Source: Methanotrichaceae archaeon (lineage in GTDB: Archaea; Halobacteriota; Methanosarcinia; Methanotrichales; Methanotrichaceae). Taken from it: a stretch of DNA of 64,000 nucleotides. Below, one piece after another: positions 49,964 to 60,952 of the stretch (its first letter is position 1; every line of letters begins with the position of its first letter). The position numbers were made by a program, and so were the translations under genes. Below the pieces are notes generated by a model that was not told the origin of the DNA, ran no database searches, and saw only the letters and a list, made by a program, of their open reading frames with translations. The stretch spans positions 83,786 through 147,785 of the forward strand of contig CAWDLW010000027.1 in the NCBI GenBank assembly GCA_963803145.1. The letters run 5' to 3'.

Positions 49964-50991
49964 TGAAGATTGTAGTAGCAGATCCCATATTCTTGCCGGA
50001 AGAGTACAAAACCAGGCTTGAGGCTCTGGGGGAACTCGAAATCTATGATAGCATACCTGAGTCGATGGATGAGTTCCTGATGAGAGTTAAGGGTGCAGAG
50101 ATCATCATAGTTGGGAGATATGGCTTTAAAGAGGATTCATTCCGCGCTGCATCTAAGCTAAAAATGATATCATTATGGCAGACAGGGTACGATAATGTTG
50201 ATTTGAAGGCTGCATCGGAGAAAAAGGTCGTAATTTCCAATGTGCCAAATTATTCATTCGATTCGGTGGCGGAGTTCGTCTTTGCCCTGTCCTTGATACT
50301 GCTCAGAAAAACATGTATAGCCGACTCGATGCTGAGGACGCCATCAGGCCGACCGCTCAATTGTCCTATTATATTTAGAAACACCTGTACTGTAGACCCC
50401 AGATTTGTGAAGGGCAGATTCGACTGGAGATACTATCTGGGCAGCGAACTAAAAGGCAAGACTCTGGGCGTGATAGGGACCGGCAATATTGGGAAAAGAG
50501 TGATACAGATCGCACACGGATTCAATATGAACGTTCTTTCGACAACCGCCCACCCCAGTCCTGAAAAGGAGAAGAAGCTCGGAGTATCGTTCGTGGACCT
50601 CGATACCCTTCTACCCGAATGCGATATTCTAACATTGCACGTTCCGCTTACCCCGAAAACTGAACGCATGATCGGCTCGTTCCAGCTTGCCAGGATGAAA
50701 ACCACATCAATCCTGATCAATACATCTAGAGGAAAGGTAATCGATGAAGCTGCATTGGTCAATGCAATACGAGAGAAGAGGATAGCTGGAGCAGGGCTCG
50801 ATGTATTTGAGATTGAGCCTTTACCCATAGAAAGCCCACTAATGAACCTGGATAATGTTGTATTGACTCCGCATATAGCCTTTCTGACAGAGGAATCTAT
50901 TGATGAATGCACCTATGTATGCATTGAGAATATCGAAATGTTCTTGAAGGGCACACCTCAGAATGTGGTGAACCCATCTGTGCTTAAGTGA
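49963..50991 (+). CDS. D-isomer-specific 2-hydroxyacid dehydrogenase
   Basis: TGYDNVD, GVIGTGNIG, LHVPLT, INTSRG, LDVFE.EP and TPHIA. Confidence 0.92.
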   Translation: MKIVVADPIFLPEEYKTRLEALGELEIYDSIPESMDEFLMRVKGAEIIIVGRYGFKEDSFRAASKLKMISLWQTGYDNVDLKAASEKKVVISNVPNYSFDSVAEFVFALSLILLRKTCIADSMLRTPSGRPLNCPIIFRNTCTVDPRFVKGRFDWRYYLGSELKGKTLGVIGTGNIGKRVIQIAHGFNMNVLSTTAHPSPEKEKKLGVSFVDLDTLLPECDILTLHVPLTPKTERMIGSFQLARMKTTSILINTSRGKVIDEAALVNAIREKRIAGAGLDVFEIEPLPIESPLMNLDNVVLTPHIAFLTEESIDECTYVCIENIEMFLKGTPQNVVNPSVLK

Positions 50992-51360
50992 AATAATATG
51001 TTCCAGCGATAAATTTTAGCCTGCCTTTCGAATCATGGATGATACCAGTTCACTTTTGAAGGCGTCAAGCAAAGAGAGATTTACTGGTAATCTCCAGCCT
51101 CTACAATCTAGGATACTGCCTAGAGATGTCGGTTCTAAATTTGCGGTTACGTGCGAGAGATGAGAATTCACCATTCCATAGATAATCCAAAGGTGGCTTC
51201 GCTACAAAACCTCTTTTCTTGACTGCTTTTGCAACAGAAACACCATAGATTATACAGCACTATTCAATATAGCCTAACTAAATCATTATTACTATCTTTG
51301 TATCCAAAAGTATATGCCCTCTGGTAAAGCTTAAGAGTAAAGAAGGAGTTTTTAGCAAAT

Positions 51361-51546
51361 ATGGCAATAGATCCAGTATGCAAGATGACTGTTGATGAGA
51401 AGACGGCCAGGATCACGAGCGAATATAATGGAAAAAAATACTACTTCTGTGCTCCAGGATGCAAAAAGGCGTTTGATGAGGACCCTGTAAAATATGTCAG
51501 CGGCTCTGCTCATGCAGGAAAGGGCTGTGGATGCGGTTGTCGTTAA
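51361..51546 (+). CDS. YHS-domain protein with CGCGC tail
   Basis: DPVCKM.V...Y.GK.YYFCAPGCK..F..DP.KY. Confidence 0.9.
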   Translation: MAIDPVCKMTVDEKTARITSEYNGKKYYFCAPGCKKAFDEDPVKYVSGSAHAGKGCGCGCR

Positions 51547-51682
51547 AGGCATAGCCCTTTAATCCGTTCTTCAACCTTTTCATTCCAGATATTCAATCAA
51601 TCTATGTTATTAATATTACATGTATTGTAAAATCATTAATAATATCGGCAGAACCCACGAAAAAATTTGAGGGTTTCATCTC

Positions 51683-51952
51683 CTATCTTCTGGCTTCACC
51701 TTCCAGGGTTTGAACCCGCCTCTCAAGGGTATCCGTTCTCTGGAGTAACTCCGCCAACATGCCCTCCATGCGTGCCAGCTTATCCTCATCGATGATGAGG
51801 CGATTCGCCGACTGAGATGCAAACGATGGCTTTTGCAGAAGATCTTCCCTAAACTCTTCGGCTATTGGGTCATCCGATTCACGAGGAGATATAGGGCGGT
51901 GTTTGTTCATATCATTCTTTTGATTTGTCATGTCTTTCATCTCACAGACCAA
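51683..51952 (-). CDS. Small hypothetical coiled-coil protein
   Basis: Charged heptad-like C-terminus; start uncertain. Confidence 0.55.
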   Translation of the reverse strand: MVCEMKDMTNQKNDMNKHRPISPRESDDPIAEEFREDLLQKPSFASQSANRLIIDEDKLARMEGMLAELLQRTDTLERRVQTLEGEARR

Positions 51953-52521
51953 CCTGAATTTCAGTAAACTCCATAATGAGATATCACTCTAAAGGATTTC
52001 AATTAGATGGTAGATCTCCAAGCGATGCTGGTAATCTTAGATATCTACCATGCTCAGATAAAACGACGTTAAGTGATGACATTTATAACTATCTGAAGTA
52101 GCTATACCAGAAAAATTTTTGATTGGACATCCCGTAAGTTTTAATACAGATTACAGGAGAAATATACTACACCATAGTTCCTGAAAAGTCACCCCAGATC
52201 ATCCAAAAATACGGCGCTTGCTAGTATATCCGTTCTGGGAAGATCGAGATAATAGTGCCAACTAATCCAGTTGCCACTATCTATTGCTAAAATGCTATGG
52301 AATTTTTTAGGGATAATGGCAGAAAAGAAAAGATCGATCAGCTCTAGAGAAGGACAAGGTGGAAGAATACAGGAGGGCGGGATGGGGTACACAGGGTCAG
52401 GTAGCGACTATCTCAGCGACAGTGTAACTAGCGCCAGTAGATCAAGTATTGTTGAAGAGCCCACAGAGACGCTCAGGATAAGGGAAAAGGAAAAAATCCA
52501 CAAACAAATTGAGGTAATTAT

Positions 52522-52797
52522 ATGGCCGAAGAGACCAAAAGATCAGATGTTAAAACTCGTGAAAAGGGCAGGGAAAAGGAAAACCTGGAAGGACCTATGG
52601 CGAGCCGCCAAGGAAGCCAGATGGGAATGGGCGGAAGCACAGGCCTTGAAGGCAGCTATGTTCAGGGTGCTGGAAACAAAAGCGGGATGACTAGTGTCAG
52701 CAGCGGGTATGAGGCAACGCCGGAGAGAGGCAGCGCCAGCAAAGGTACTGGAAGCAAAACCAGAAGAACTGGAGATCAAACAGAGCCCAATAGATAG
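52522..52797 (+). CDS. Small hydrophilic Gly/Ser/Glu-rich protein
   Basis: GAGGT RBS before the ATG; no Cys or Trp; highly polar. Confidence 0.65.
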   Translation: MAEETKRSDVKTREKGREKENLEGPMASRQGSQMGMGGSTGLEGSYVQGAGNKSGMTSVSSGYEATPERGSASKGTGSKTRRTGDQTEPNR

Positions 52798-52897
52798 CAT
52801 CATCCTCTATAGAGTTTGTAGAAATTTCGGCTAATTGAAATGAGAATATTCAGCCCTGATGACTCCAGGACTGAATATTTTCCAGGAGAGTAAAGGA

Positions 52898-53053
52898 ATG
52901 CCTATAGATCCCGTATGTGGAAAGGAAATAACCGACACTATAGATGCTGCAAAGACGGAATATCAGGGCAAGCTTTACTATTTCGATTCTGCAGAGTGCA
53001 AGAGAGCCTTTGAGGATGATCCCAGAAGGTATACGTCTGGAGAACGAAAGTGA
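52898..53053 (+). CDS. YHS-domain protein
   Basis: MPIDPVCGKE...EYQGKLYYFDSAECKRAFEDDP.RY. Confidence 0.88.
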   Translation: MPIDPVCGKEITDTIDAAKTEYQGKLYYFDSAECKRAFEDDPRRYTSGERK

Positions 53054-53292
53054 TAAACGCGGCCAGATCTTCTGGCAGCAGAGATGCCAATTTAAGGGAT
53101 GTCGAGGCTATAGATAAGGCTGCCAGAGATTTCGAATTATCATCGAATCAAGCCGACGCAGAAGGACGTGAAGGCAGGACAGGAGTTCAACAGTTCTATA
53201 AGGGAGAGACCATCGGTTCAACAGAGACGCTTGTGGGCTGGCCATCAACCTCCAGGGGAAGGACAACAAGTAGAGGCAGAACGATCAAATAG
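53050..53292 (+). CDS. Small hydrophilic hypothetical protein
   Basis: GTGA overlap with the YHS stop; polar composition. Confidence 0.55.
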   Translation: MINAARSSGSRDANLRDVEAIDKAARDFELSSNQADAEGREGRTGVQQFYKGETIGSTETLVGWPSTSRGRTTSRGRTIK

Positions 53293-53432
53293 TTATAGAC
53301 ATCCGGTTGCTGCCTTTTAAAAATTTTATCATTGGATATTTGCTGTATTAAAGATCTTTTTTGTGCATGGCATAAAAGAAATTATCTAGTATTAAATGCT
53401 AGTTTTTATGAGGATCTATTCAAAGTGGTGTC

Positions 53433-54884
53433 ATGGATCGATTCGATCTTATAGTGATCGGTTCGGGAGCGGGGACTCATATAGCCTCTATGGCTGTAAA
53501 AAATGATCTGAGCGTTGCACTCATGGATCGCGGCCCTATAGGTGGCACATGCCTCAACAATGGGTGTGTCCCTTCTAAGATGCTTATTTATCCTGCTGAT
53601 GTCATCAGAAAATTGCAGGATGCCAAAGCAGTGGGCGTTGAGGGCAACATAGTTAATGTAGATTTCCAGAAAATAATGGGCCGGATGCGCTCGGTTGTTC
53701 TGAGCAGCAGACTAAGCCTCGAAGCAGCAATCGAATCCAAGAAGGGCCTAGTCCTCTATAGAGATACTGCAGAGTTCGTAGGAGATTATACTCTTAAATC
53801 TGAAGATAGAACGCTGACAGCCCCTAGAATTGTAATAGCCTCAGGTGCAAGGCCTTTGATCCCTCCAATACCCGGCCTCAAGGAGGCTGGCTATTTGGAT
53901 AATATCTCTCTTCTTGAGCTAAAAGAGCCTCCCAAGAGCCTGATTGTAATAGGAGCAGGATATATCGGATGCGAATACAGCCATTTCTTTTCGGCCATTG
54001 GCATCGAGGTTACGCTTCTTGGAAGAAGCCGTAGAGTATTGGATAATGAGGACCCTGAGATATGCAGAATAGTGAAGAGTGTTTTATCAAGCTATGTGAA
54101 GCTTTACACAAGCTATGAGGCTGTTAATGTTAAGGTCGAAGGCAAGAAGAAGGTAGTCTCAGCTAGAAACCGATTGGATGGCAAGATCTATAGTTTCGAG
54201 GCAGATGAGATTCTTGTTGCAACCGGCAGAAGACCAAATTCCGATAGCTTAAAGCCTGAGAAGACAGGAGTCGAAACTGATGAGCATGGGTGGATAAAGG
54301 TAAATGATTACCTTGAAACCACTAAGTCTGGGATTTGGGCTATTGGCGATGCCATTGGGAAGTATATGTTCAGGCATACTGCAAACTATGAGGCGGAGGT
54401 TGTAGCTCATAACCTTTTCATCGCCAAAAACAAGGATAAGAAAGCGAAGGCTGATTTCCATGCTGTCCCCCATGCAGTTTTTACTCATCCGCTTGTTGCA
54501 GGAGTGGGCATGAAGGAGGCAGAGGCCGCAGCCGCAGGATACAAAATTCTAGTAGGCAGGGCCAGATATACAGATGTATCGAAAGGAATCGCCATGGCTG
54601 AAGAGAACGGATTTGTGAAGGTTGTTGTTGAGGAAGAAACCGGCCGAATTCTTGGATGTTCGATTGTCGGCTCAGAGGCAGATACTTTAATACAGCAGAT
54701 CGTTTATCTGATGAATACAGAATATCAAGATATGACGCCTTTAATAAATTCTCAGGTGATTCATCCCACGATAAATGAGGTGATAGTCAATGCCTTTTCG
54801 GAGTTGGAGCACCCATACGATTTTGACGATGGCGAGGACAAAGTGCAAAGGGATACAGATAAAAAGAAGATTATCAGTGGTTAG
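53433..54884 (+). CDS. Class I pyridine nucleotide-disulfide oxidoreductase (Lpd/mycothione reductase-like)
   Basis: IGSGAG, GGTCLNNGCVPSK, GAGYIGCE, WAIGD and HPTINE. Confidence 0.9.
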   Translation: MDRFDLIVIGSGAGTHIASMAVKNDLSVALMDRGPIGGTCLNNGCVPSKMLIYPADVIRKLQDAKAVGVEGNIVNVDFQKIMGRMRSVVLSSRLSLEAAIESKKGLVLYRDTAEFVGDYTLKSEDRTLTAPRIVIASGARPLIPPIPGLKEAGYLDNISLLELKEPPKSLIVIGAGYIGCEYSHFFSAIGIEVTLLGRSRRVLDNEDPEICRIVKSVLSSYVKLYTSYEAVNVKVEGKKKVVSARNRLDGKIYSFEADEILVATGRRPNSDSLKPEKTGVETDEHGWIKVNDYLETTKSGIWAIGDAIGKYMFRHTANYEAEVVAHNLFIAKNKDKKAKADFHAVPHAVFTHPLVAGVGMKEAEAAAAGYKILVGRARYTDVSKGIAMAEENGFVKVVVEEETGRILGCSIVGSEADTLIQQIVYLMNTEYQDMTPLINSQVIHPTINEVIVNAFSELEHPYDFDDGEDKVQRDTDKKKIISG

Positions 54885-55045
54885 AGCGATAGCTTTGTAG
54901 TGCAGGCTAATTTTATATTAAAAACTCTAAACTTTCAAGTGTGTATCTCGGTCTAAATTCTTCTATTGCATCAATTCGGAAGGCATCAAAAAATTTATAT
55001 ACGTTGAACGTCTTATTATATTTAATAAGTATTACGGTGATTGTC

Positions 55046-55453
55046 GTGAAGATTAGAGTAGTTAGTTCAAGAGAAGAAATTGACTCGTTGAGCCCAAGAG
55101 AGAAGATGGTGCATCTGGCATTCAGAGCCTCAAATGTGGATTTCGTTCAGCTGATGCAAAGATGCCCAAGGCTGCAAGCAGTTCAGATGCCACCTTCTTA
55201 CCAGAAGACAATGTCCAACGCCCTAAGCGGATTCCTGCAGATGCAGGGCGTTGATCTGATTGAGGGAGACGTCTGGGGCCACAGAAAGGATATCGATGAG
55301 TACTTCACAGTCCCTGAGGAGACAGTTGCCACGATCAGATCAATGACCGAGAAGGGCATCACACCTGAGGAGACCGCAAAAGAGGTACGAAAGACAGCCA
55401 AGCTGGGAGATGGCCTGATCAGGTACATCGCTCGAACAAACGCGACAGCCTGA
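55046..55453 (+). CDS. DUF1699 family protein
   Basis: KIRVVSSREEI...VHLAFR.SN.D...CP...EGDVWGHRKDI.EY. Confidence 0.9.
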   Translation: MKIRVVSSREEIDSLSPREKMVHLAFRASNVDFVQLMQRCPRLQAVQMPPSYQKTMSNALSGFLQMQGVDLIEGDVWGHRKDIDEYFTVPEETVATIRSMTEKGITPEETAKEVRKTAKLGDGLIRYIARTNATA

Positions 55454-55732
55454 GTTCCATCTGAAACCCCATGCTGCCCCGAAAAGTGCACATACTGCTC
55501 GCAGACCTGCTGCAGCTATGGTGCACTTTTAGCTAAAATCCTTAGTGCATAAACCCCATATGTTTAAAAGATCGGAAGATTTCACTCTTATGCAGATAAG
55601 AAGGATCAAAGGCAAGTATAGAGCATCAGTTAATCTATCCGGCAAACTACCATACCTTAAAGATAAGAGGATTCCAGCTCCGCTCTCAGATCCACAAGCC
55701 AACTTTTTGGTTTACCGGAATACTGTACAATT

Positions 55733-56668
55733 CTAAGTATCGAAGTTTGCGCAAGAAGTTTCGTTTGATTTTGTATACCCCATGCTTTTGGCTTTTCCTA
55801 AGGCTGCCTGGGCTGCGCTATCAAGGCCAAGCTTATCGAAAGCAATGCCCTTATAGTACCACGCTGCTGCAAGGGATGGCTCCAAATTGAGGGCTTTATC
55901 GTACGCGTTTACTGCTTCATTATAATTCCCAACGCCCGCGAGAGCCTTGCCGTTATTGAACCAAACATCTGCGTCTTCGGGACCGATTTTTGTGGCATTA
56001 TCATATGCCTGGGTAGCTTCTTGGTATCTGCCCATCTGGTAGAGAGACAAGCCTTTGTCATACCAGGCCAACATATACTTAGGATCTGTCTCAATGGCTT
56101 TATCATACGCTTGTAAGGAGTCGTTATATCTGCCCATGATGTAGAGGACATTGCCTTTGTTTCTCCAGGCGGCCACGAATTCGGGGCTTATATCTGTGGC
56201 CTTATCAAATGAACTGAGTGATTCATCGATGTATCCAGCTATGCCCTGCTCATCTTTGTTCATGCCCAGGTCTATGCCTGATCGCATTGTATCCACTCTA
56301 TCTCTTAGAGTGGTTCCTTTGTAGTACCAGGCATTTGCGTCGTGCGGATCTCTTTTGATAGCATCGTCATACAGAGCTATTGCCTTATCGTAATCTTCGA
56401 GCGATTCGTTGAGCTCGTCCGCATTCTTTTCAGATATGGCTAAAGATCCAAGGGCACTGGCTCTTCCAGCCCATGCACCGGCATTATCCGGGCTTAACTG
56501 AAGTGCGCTATCGAATGCAGAGATAGCTTCTTTGTAATGCCCATCTCCTGCAAGTCCAAGGGCCCTTGCATACCAATAATCCACCGTATCCTGGGCATTT
56601 GCAGATACACATAGGGCTGTCAACACTATCGCAATAATAGTAATCGCTACAATAAGCTTTGTTTTCAT
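55733..56668 (-). CDS. Secreted TPR protein
   Basis: Signal peptide from ATG 56668 (GGAGG RBS) and multiple AW.NKG..L...GRY.EA..AYDKA repeats. Confidence 0.9.
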   Translation of the reverse strand: MKTKLIVAITIIAIVLTALCVSANAQDTVDYWYARALGLAGDGHYKEAISAFDSALQLSPDNAGAWAGRASALGSLAISEKNADELNESLEDYDKAIALYDDAIKRDPHDANAWYYKGTTLRDRVDTMRSGIDLGMNKDEQGIAGYIDESLSSFDKATDISPEFVAAWRNKGNVLYIMGRYNDSLQAYDKAIETDPKYMLAWYDKGLSLYQMGRYQEATQAYDNATKIGPEDADVWFNNGKALAGVGNYNEAVNAYDKALNLEPSLAAAWYYKGIAFDKLGLDSAAQAALGKAKSMGYTKSNETSCANFDT

Positions 56669-56935
56669 TAAATAACTCCTCCGAGCATTCCATTGATTTC
56701 GAAAGAGGCTTGAGACGATGCCTTGGCTCTCCGGCAGGGCTTCACATCCAAACATCCAAATAGCGGATACATTGATTGCGATTTTTGTACATTTCCTGCC
56801 GTCAGATTGGGACCGGGGTTATGTCTATTACACTGGAGCCTTATAGATAGCCCTATCTGCCTAAATGGCATTTTTATACTCATTACATTCCTCATATCCG
56901 CCAGCTTCCTTATTCATAATTCATTCTATATAAAA

Positions 56936-58078
56936 TCAAGCCTTTTTATAGGCTGACTCAGGTTCGTTATACCCCATTTCCTTGGCCTTTGCAAAGGCTA
57001 CATCTGCTTCGGAGGTGCGACCAAGTGCCTTCAGTGCAGTGCCTTTGAGGTACCAGGTTTCTGCATCAAATGGGGACTTCAGAAGAGTCTTATCAAGATC
57101 ATTGAATGCTTTCTCATATGCCTTGACAGCTTCGTCGTGTCTATCCATTTCATCAAACGCCTCGCCTTTTCCAATATCTGCTTTGGCTGATGCGAATTCT
57201 GATGGCGCCATTTCAATAGACTTGTTATAGGCTCCGACAGCTTCCTCGTATTTTCCCATATCAATGAGGGCATTGCCCTCATCGTTCCATGCCTGGAAAG
57301 CATCCTCTGGGTACAGCTCCATGGATTTATTAAAAGCTTCTAATGATCCGTTGTATTGTCCCAGTCCAGCAAGAGCACTTCCCATGCCTCGCCAAGACCA
57401 GGCTGAATAGAATCTGTCAATGTCAGCTGTAGAGTTCAGCTCACTTGTTTTGTTATAGGCATTGTAGGCATCTTCAAATCTGCCCATCTTCAGGAGGACA
57501 TCGGCTTTGGATACTTTGGCCGACGCTCCAATTTCTGGCATCTGAGATGGAACTCCTTCGATGGCCTTATCATATGCCTGCAGAGACTCATTATACTGGC
57601 CTAGATTCTTGAGGGAATCGCCCTTCCAAATCCAGGCATCAAAGTTTTGAGGATATATCTTGAGGGCTTCATAGTATGCCTTGAAGGCCTCTTTCGGCCT
57701 TCCCGCCAATTGAAGGGTGCTGCCTTTGAATACCCAGAGTTCAGAGATCCTCTCAGTATCATTGGCTGGCCAGGTATCAATGGCCTTGTCATAAGCGACC
57801 AAGGACTCGTTATATCTCCCTAGAATGGATAGAGCAGTTGCCTTACCTCCCCAGGCCATGCCATACTGGGGATTAAGCTCGATTGCCTTATCATATGCTT
57901 TAACGGCCTCTTCCTTAGACCCGTTCCTGAACAGCTCCTGGCCCCTGTTGAACCAATCCGCTGCGGTATTCTCTTGGGCTGCAGCTGAAATAATCAGCGC
58001 GGCCAGAGCCATCAAAGCAAGAAAAAGCTTTGCATCTATTCTTCCAGGGATATCCCCAGCTTCCTCAACAACCTGCAA
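56936..58078 (-). CDS. Secreted TPR protein
   Basis: Hydrophobic signal segment, TPR repeats and a KAKEMGY tail like its neighbour. Confidence 0.9.
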   Translation of the reverse strand: MQVVEEAGDIPGRIDAKLFLALMALAALIISAAAQENTAADWFNRGQELFRNGSKEEAVKAYDKAIELNPQYGMAWGGKATALSILGRYNESLVAYDKAIDTWPANDTERISELWVFKGSTLQLAGRPKEAFKAYYEALKIYPQNFDAWIWKGDSLKNLGQYNESLQAYDKAIEGVPSQMPEIGASAKVSKADVLLKMGRFEDAYNAYNKTSELNSTADIDRFYSAWSWRGMGSALAGLGQYNGSLEAFNKSMELYPEDAFQAWNDEGNALIDMGKYEEAVGAYNKSIEMAPSEFASAKADIGKGEAFDEMDRHDEAVKAYEKAFNDLDKTLLKSPFDAETWYLKGTALKALGRTSEADVAFAKAKEMGYNEPESAYKKA

Positions 58079-58595
58079 TTATTGCCATCTCCACCCTGAA
58101 CACCCTATGCCGTTTCTCCTAACGGCGTTTGTCGTGGTACGACGTTTAACGAATATAAATCTTTCGGGTGTCGTGAGTATGTCTATAATCAGGAGCGGTC
58201 TACATTAATTTTCAATAATATTCTTAGCCTGCAGGCTCATTTGTATATCATCGTATACAATATATTTTTACGAGTTCTATATGGCTGGGAGGGCAGAGAT
58301 ACTTAGAGACTCCCGAGGCGAAATGATCTGAGCAGCCCTAAACGCCTCTATATCGGCTACAGCCACCCTTGCCACAAGAACGGCATATTCCCAACCATGA
58401 GAATAGTATTCCAGGAGCAGTTGATGACATAGGTATCCATCTTCACTCTGCCGAACTGATAGTTATGCCAAAAGAAGTTTGTGCCAAGCGTTTTATGATG
58501 CCTCCAATAAAATTAGGCGTCAGTGATATTACCGAAAAAAATTTGCCAAAAAAAATTCTATAGGCCCAATACCGATATTACTATTATCTCTTGAA

Positions 58596-59462
58596 TTATG
58601 CTGTACCAGTCTCAAGATACTCTATCAGCGCCTTAACAATATCCCTATCCCTCAGAAGCCCCATGAGCTTCTGGCTCGATGTCACAACTGGAATCTGATC
58701 AATCCTATTTTTAGTCATAATAGCAGCGCACTTGCTCACTTCAGTATTTTTCGCAGCCGTTATCGCCGGAACCATAGCCTCGCTTACCAAAATGTTTCGG
58801 AGCTGGATACGAGAGACCTCATAGTACTTGTTTGTGGTCTGCATGACCCTGTCCCACATCCAAGCATCTTCGCCCGCATCGACGGAGGACATATCAGTTT
58901 TCGAAACGGATTCCTCGATGATACTTGCTTTTATTAGGTCTCTATCTGAGATGATCCCCACAAGCATCAGGTTTGTGTCAATGACAGGGCATGCTTCTGC
59001 TGCAGCATACTCCATTACAAATCCTGCAACAGGCAAAGGCATCTCGCTCCAGAGAGCAACGATCTCCTTCTCGATGAACCTCTCGATATCCGTATCTATA
59101 GCCAAGTCTGCTGCAATCTTAATTATATCCGCTATTGTGATAATACCGATAAGCCTCTTGCCTTCAACGACTGGAAGCCTTCTTATCCCATGCTCAAGCA
59201 GCTGCTTCGCTGCCTCAACCAGGGTGCTATCGGGGCTTACAGTTATGGGATCTCTGGACATAACAAGGGCAATTTGATCCTCTTCCCTGTTCCTCAGGAG
59301 GTCTGTCCTAGTTATCATACCCACAACCTCGCCCTTCTTTACAACGGGAAGCCCTGAGACCCTTCTCTCCTGCAGGGCCTTCAGGACATCATCCCTGTTG
59401 CCAGGAACGCTGACATATGCAACGTCCTTGACCATTACATCCTTCACAGATATTGGATTCAA
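58596..59462 (-). CDS. CBS-domain protein (four CBS motifs)
   Basis: VSGLPVV, IRRLPVV and IDQIPVV motifs. Confidence 0.9.
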   Translation of the reverse strand: MNPISVKDVMVKDVAYVSVPGNRDDVLKALQERRVSGLPVVKKGEVVGMITRTDLLRNREEDQIALVMSRDPITVSPDSTLVEAAKQLLEHGIRRLPVVEGKRLIGIITIADIIKIAADLAIDTDIERFIEKEIVALWSEMPLPVAGFVMEYAAAEACPVIDTNLMLVGIISDRDLIKASIIEESVSKTDMSSVDAGEDAWMWDRVMQTTNKYYEVSRIQLRNILVSEAMVPAITAAKNTEVSKCAAIMTKNRIDQIPVVTSSQKLMGLLRDRDIVKALIEYLETGTA

Positions 59463-59896
59463 GCAGACTCCCTCGGAACTGTAAGCACAGGCACCTTGGA
59501 GCTTCTGACCACCTTCTCGGCCACGCTTCCGAGCAGGAACTTATCAAGGCCAGTACGCCCAACACTGCCTATCACTATGACGTTCATGCCAGCGTTATAG
59601 GCAAATTTGGTGATCTCCTCAGCCGGATTTCCCTCAATTAATTTTTTCTCGAAGGCCACGCCGGATTCCTCTGCCATCTTCCTAATAGAATCAATTGCCC
59701 CATTTCCTTCCTTGATTAAAAGCTCCCTTATGCTAAATAGAAGCATATCGTCTGGCAAATGGCTCATTCTGCTTGTATCTGTTACATATAGTGCAGTTAC
59801 TGTGCCACCGGAGAGTTTAGCAAGTTCTACGGCCTTACGTGCAGCACGCTCGCTATGCTCTGACCCGTCAGTGGCGACAAGAATTTTCTCGAACAT
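59459..59896 (-). CDS. Universal stress protein
   Basis: ILVATDGSEHS and GRTGLDKFLLGSVAEKVVR. Confidence 0.93.
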   Translation of the reverse strand: MFEKILVATDGSEHSERAARKAVELAKLSGGTVTALYVTDTSRMSHLPDDMLLFSIRELLIKEGNGAIDSIRKMAEESGVAFEKKLIEGNPAEEITKFAYNAGMNVIVIGSVGRTGLDKFLLGSVAEKVVRSSKVPVLTVPRESA

Positions 59897-59904
59897 GATA
59901 ACAC

Positions 59905-60952
59905 CTAAAATACTGCTATAATATCTGAGGGCTCTGCTCTCCTAACCAGGCTGGCAATTGGATCTGCTGATCCCCACATATTATCAGATTTCCTATCTAT
60001 CACCATCACTCTGCCTTCTTTGCCCTCAGATATGGAGCCGACCTTCTGGTCTATTCCCAAGATCTTTGCACCATTTAGCGTGCACATTTTAAATACCTGT
60101 CTATCGTCGTGCAAAAGGACTTTACACACGAACTCCATCTCGTTGAACATATTCGGCGAGTTGAGCATGACATTATCGGTACCTACACCCACAGTAATTC
60201 CAAGTTCGATCATCTTTTTTACATTCGGCAATCTCGCACCTGTGATCAGATTAGACCTGGGACATACGGCTACGGGCACTCCTAAGGCCGCCACCCTTTC
60301 AAGCGCCTCATCTGAAGCGTTACAGAGGTGCACGAGGAAATCTGGCTTAAGGCGAAGCGCATCCGATATATCATCACTTTCAGCCTCACCTGCGTGAACA
60401 GCCACAGCTTTAAGGCCGTTCTTTGCAGCCTCGACACTCCTCTGGATCTCCAACGGATCATGGTCTCTGGTGCTGCTCACACCCAGTCCCCAGCAATTTG
60501 TATGTATCTCAGCAGATCCCTCGTAGGGCCTGCCAAGGATCCTCGGAAGTATTGGCATGCCTTGTAGAGCCTCCAGTAAAAGCTCAACGCCCTTCAGGCC
60601 ACCCTCACGAAAATCTGCAAATGCGAAGGTACCAGTGTCGATCATATACTTTAGCGTCCTTCTCATGCCGCTGATGATAATCTCCCTTGGAGTTTGAGCG
60701 AGTATTCTGTGCTTTAATCCTTCAGGGCCAACTAGATCCGATAATGGCATGAATGGTGGGTCCTTGAATACAGAGTCTCCAATATGCGTATGGGAGTTAA
60801 TGAAACGAGGGACAATTAATCCCTCGAAATCGGCATCTACCCTGCCTACGCCAACCTCTTTTATCAAATCATTTTCAATACAGAGGTAGCCATCTATTGG
60901 CTCAAAATCATCGCCATAAATTATCGTTCCAGAAAGCAGGGTCTCCTTGTCA
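59905..60952 (-). CDS. Amidohydrolase-family protein whose start is separated by an insertion
   Basis: NSHTHIGD, VHAGE, VCPRSN and GTDNVM. The frame extends to DKETLLSGTIIYGDDFEP at 60952; the matching start MIMMLSSH lies at 61451-61473. Confidence 0.8.
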
